Part shown: positions 61,241 through 64,000 of the stretch, one piece after another
Position numbering within the stretch: position 1 is the first letter of the stretch
Layout of the letters: each line of letters begins with the position of its first letter
From: Sphaerodactylus townsendi
Lineage: Eukaryota
Reading direction: 5' to 3'
Length of the DNA: 64,000 bases
Assembly: GCF_021028975.2 (NCBI RefSeq)
Contig: NC_059426.1
Location: 69,254,001-69,318,000 of the forward strand
Position numbers and translations under genes: made by a program
The notes under the pieces: generated by a model
What the model was told of the DNA's origin: nothing
Database searches by the model: none
Seen by the model: the letters and a program-made list of their open reading frames with translations, nothing else

Positions 61241-61344
61241 CAACAAAGAGGATGGTTCCAGTATAGTTTTTTCCTTGCTCCAGCCAAAGGTTACTTCTTT
61301 CAGAAAGTCAGGCATTCAGATCGATACTCTGGTATGAATATAAG

Positions 61345-62911
61345 CAGACTGGATAAATGATTTTTAACAATTAAAATGTTTTTTTTAAATTCAAAGCAGA
61401 TTTGCTAAAATTTAAATTGGATTTTTTAAAATAAAAAGCCTTTTGAGGAAAAAAAATCTCTCAAAACATAGTTCAAATAGTTTTCTATTTAAGATACATT
61501 ATAGTCCAAAGGTTATTCATAATGAAATAAGAACATTTTAATTAGGAGCATGAGACTGTATATTCATGCAATGTTTAAATTTTTTGATAAATGAATGTCA
61601 TCAATCCATTCTCAATACCATGCTGTTCCATAGGTTTCTGATAAGACTGTTTTGGACAGTTTTTCCATCTAGAGGACATTATCACATGCTTAATTTTGTA
61701 GTTCTCAACAATTAATTTGTGTCTGCAGAGATAACATGCTTCGGCTTCACATTAAAATATTATTTAAAAACACAGAGAGTTGCAGAAAAGACCTTAATCC
61801 CATTGTTCCTTTGCAAATATATGTACACAGAATCAACCCCTTACCTCTGAAGGGCTATGTTTCAAGAACATGTCTGAAGTAGAATATTGTTTGGAGTAGA
61901 ATAGATCTGCACAAGGAGCTAAGTGTGAGGAGGGAGGGACAAACTTCAGAACTAAAAATCATATATTAACATATCCATGCATCTAAAATTTGTTGATGGC
62001 AGTAACATCCAATTCCCAATAAAATTAACCAACAGATCCGGGGGAGGGGGGGAGAGAATGGAGGGAAGTGGGAGGCCAAGATGGTAACTGTTGCCGCCTC
62101 AACCACATGGCTGATGGAACAGCTCCAGGTCTTGCATGCCCTGTGGAATTGCATCAGGTCGCGCAGGACCCTGGTCTCACTAGACAGAGCCTGAGGTTTA
62201 TCATGTTATTCTCCCCCTGGAGGAGAAAATCTATAATGGCAGCAGGCCATAAAAGATACCAAGTATGGGAATATTTCAGTAGTGTGTGGGGGGGGGGGGG
62301 GCTGGGTAGGAGGGGTCTCAAGCCCCAGGAGCCACTTCTGGGGCGCACATTTTGAGTTCACCCTCCACCGCTCCAACTGTGTCCCAGTCAAGAACTCCCC
62401 ATTTGGGAGCACAGTTGAAAGTTGGCATGTGGGGCTCACCCCGGTTGCAATCTCCACATGATGGGAGCAGAAAGGGCTCCTTTGAGCGTGACTAAGCCTG
62501 CAGTTTAGAACTAGATCCAAGCCTGGCCTCAACTGAGCGAAGACTCAAGCTGGCTGCTCTGGAGCCTCTAGCTTTACATGGTTGGCTTCGCTCCCCAAAA
62601 CTCCACCTGCAGCTTAGAGATGAGTCCAAGCCTGACCCCTGCCAGGCTCAAACAGCCTCTGCTGCTCCCCCCTCCATGTGGAGGTTGGGTGTGGGCTGGG
62701 GCACCATTTTAGGTAGATACACCCCTGGAATATTTAAATGGCATCCCTCTACCTGTTGGTAAGGCAGGAATTATTCTAAAAATGAATCTTCATCTGGTCA
62801 TCAATATTAAGATTATACCAGTAAGAATGAGTCTTCATATAGAAAACTATGATTTAAATCAAGTCTTGCTGACTAGTGATTTAAATTGTGATTTAAATCA
62901 AATCCACCCTG
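61345..62911 (+). mobile_element. Internally deleted hAT transposon with nested L2 fragment (about 61968-62200) and hAT MITE (62277-62727)
   Basis: Ends cagactggataa / aaatccaccctg with GATTTAAAT subterminal repeats; near-TSD aatataag/actatatg; BED-finger start MAAGHKRYQVWEY; inner MITE has perfect TSD gaatattt. Confidence 0.8.
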
Positions 62912-63279
62912 ACTATATGGAAGAAAGTGTGGTAGAAACATCAGCTCTGATATACAGAATAAGGAGCAAATTGAGCAGTTAAGGCGGCGGCAGAATGTGA
63001 AATAACACTTCAGTCTAGACTAGAAAATGATTATATTTTCAAGGCTCCCATGTGTTTCTCACTCCCGATCAGTGGAAAACTCACACAGGATGCAAAAAAC
63101 TAGGCCAGAACATTCTACTGTGCTATGCTAAATTTTAACTTGCAGGGAGTATTTACACGGGGAAGGGTTTTTTTTAAGTGACTCTCCTCGCTTACATATG
63201 AAGCTAACGGCCCTTTCTACCATGTCAAGATTCTACCAGCCCATCTTGCCGCATGTGCAGACCGGGATTCAGAAATGCA

Positions 63280-64000
63280 CCACAAGCGCCATTTTTCCTC
63301 CCCCGTGTCCTGCTCTATTACATTATAAGGTGCAAATATTTGCTTCCCAGCTGCAGCTTCGGTTTTAAAAGCAAAGGTCGCGAAGGCAACAAACACACCC
63401 TCGCCTCAGCTTAAGGGGCTGGCTCTGTTATCCTCTGGGTGGGCTGGCTATTACCCAGCCGTGAAGGAAACGTACAAGGCGCATGCTCAGAGGCACTCTC
63501 TCCTTCCCATAGCCCAGACTGAATCCTGCTCAGGGCCTCTCGCGCCGCTGCCGCGCCTTTCCGTCTACCCGCCAGCACGAACTGCGGATCCCTCCCCAGA
63601 CCAGCAGCAGCGCCGTCCCTTTGCCTGGCCCTGCCGGCTCTTGGCTGGGCTCGTGCAGATATAACCCGCAGTCTCGGTGCATCCGCTGCTGCCGTGGCCG
63701 CCTCTTGACCCCGAGGGCGGTTCTTTCTACGGCAGGTAAGGGCGGCGCGGGAAAGGGCGGGAGAGAAGCCAGCTTCCCCGGTCTGCCTCGCTGCGCCTGT
63801 CACTTCCTGTAGCCGCCGGAGCCCTGCCCAGTTCGGGTCCTCCTCCATCCCTCCCTCCCTCCAGCCGCTTGCGCCACCCTGGGCAGCGCGCAAGGGAGAG
63901 GCTGCTGCTGCCGCCGCCGCCGCCGCCGCCCTGCCCTTCTTCCTCCCCAGCCGGTGAGTGGAGGTGGGAAGGGGAGTCCCGAGCGCGACGAGGATGGGAG
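63280..64000 (+). promoter_or_regulatory. CpG-island promoter and probable non-coding first exon of an unidentified downstream gene
   Basis: Very high GC/CpG; YY1-like CGCCATTTT 63287, NRF1-like GCGCATGC 63479, ETS CACTTCCTGT 63801-63810, (GCC)n about 63910-63931, donor CCG|gtgagt near 63953. Confidence 0.75.

Noticed and set aside
63411-63893. 160-aa minus-strand ORF, and similar ORFs at 13155-13609, 15859-16365, 53029-53317
   Set aside because: Stop-poor GC-rich CpG island or transposon interiors; no recognisable domain.

Overview
Vertebrate genomic DNA. The repeat content (5S- and tRNA-derived SINEs, CR1/L2/L1/RTE-X LINEs, Penelope, Helitrons, hAT MITEs) points to a squamate reptile, probably a gecko. 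I assembled four spliced genes by hand; every intron is GT-AG and frame-consistent. They are the last five exons of TCIRG1 (V-ATPase a3, +, 1492-4259), TBX10 (-, 8 exons, 6545-24680, 372 aa; the 7-nt exon 1 is inferred), ACY3 (+, 6 coding exons, 36422-41062, 311 aa) and CABP4 (-, 6 exons, 44095-56657, 229 aa). The window ends in a CpG-island promoter and first exon of an unidentified + strand gene. Most ORFs in the supplied track are noise. I cannot support a wholly new biological system here. The most unusual items are: three Helitrons (two with shared termini but unrelated interiors, one composite with an inverted 5' end and a RepHel/OTU-like coding remnant); a Penelope element with a GIY-YIG ORF next to the first ACY3 coding exon, plus hammerhead-ribozyme remnants; nested insertions; a 123-bp local duplication; a solo LTR between divergent promoters; and a gene order that differs from human 11q13 as I recall it.
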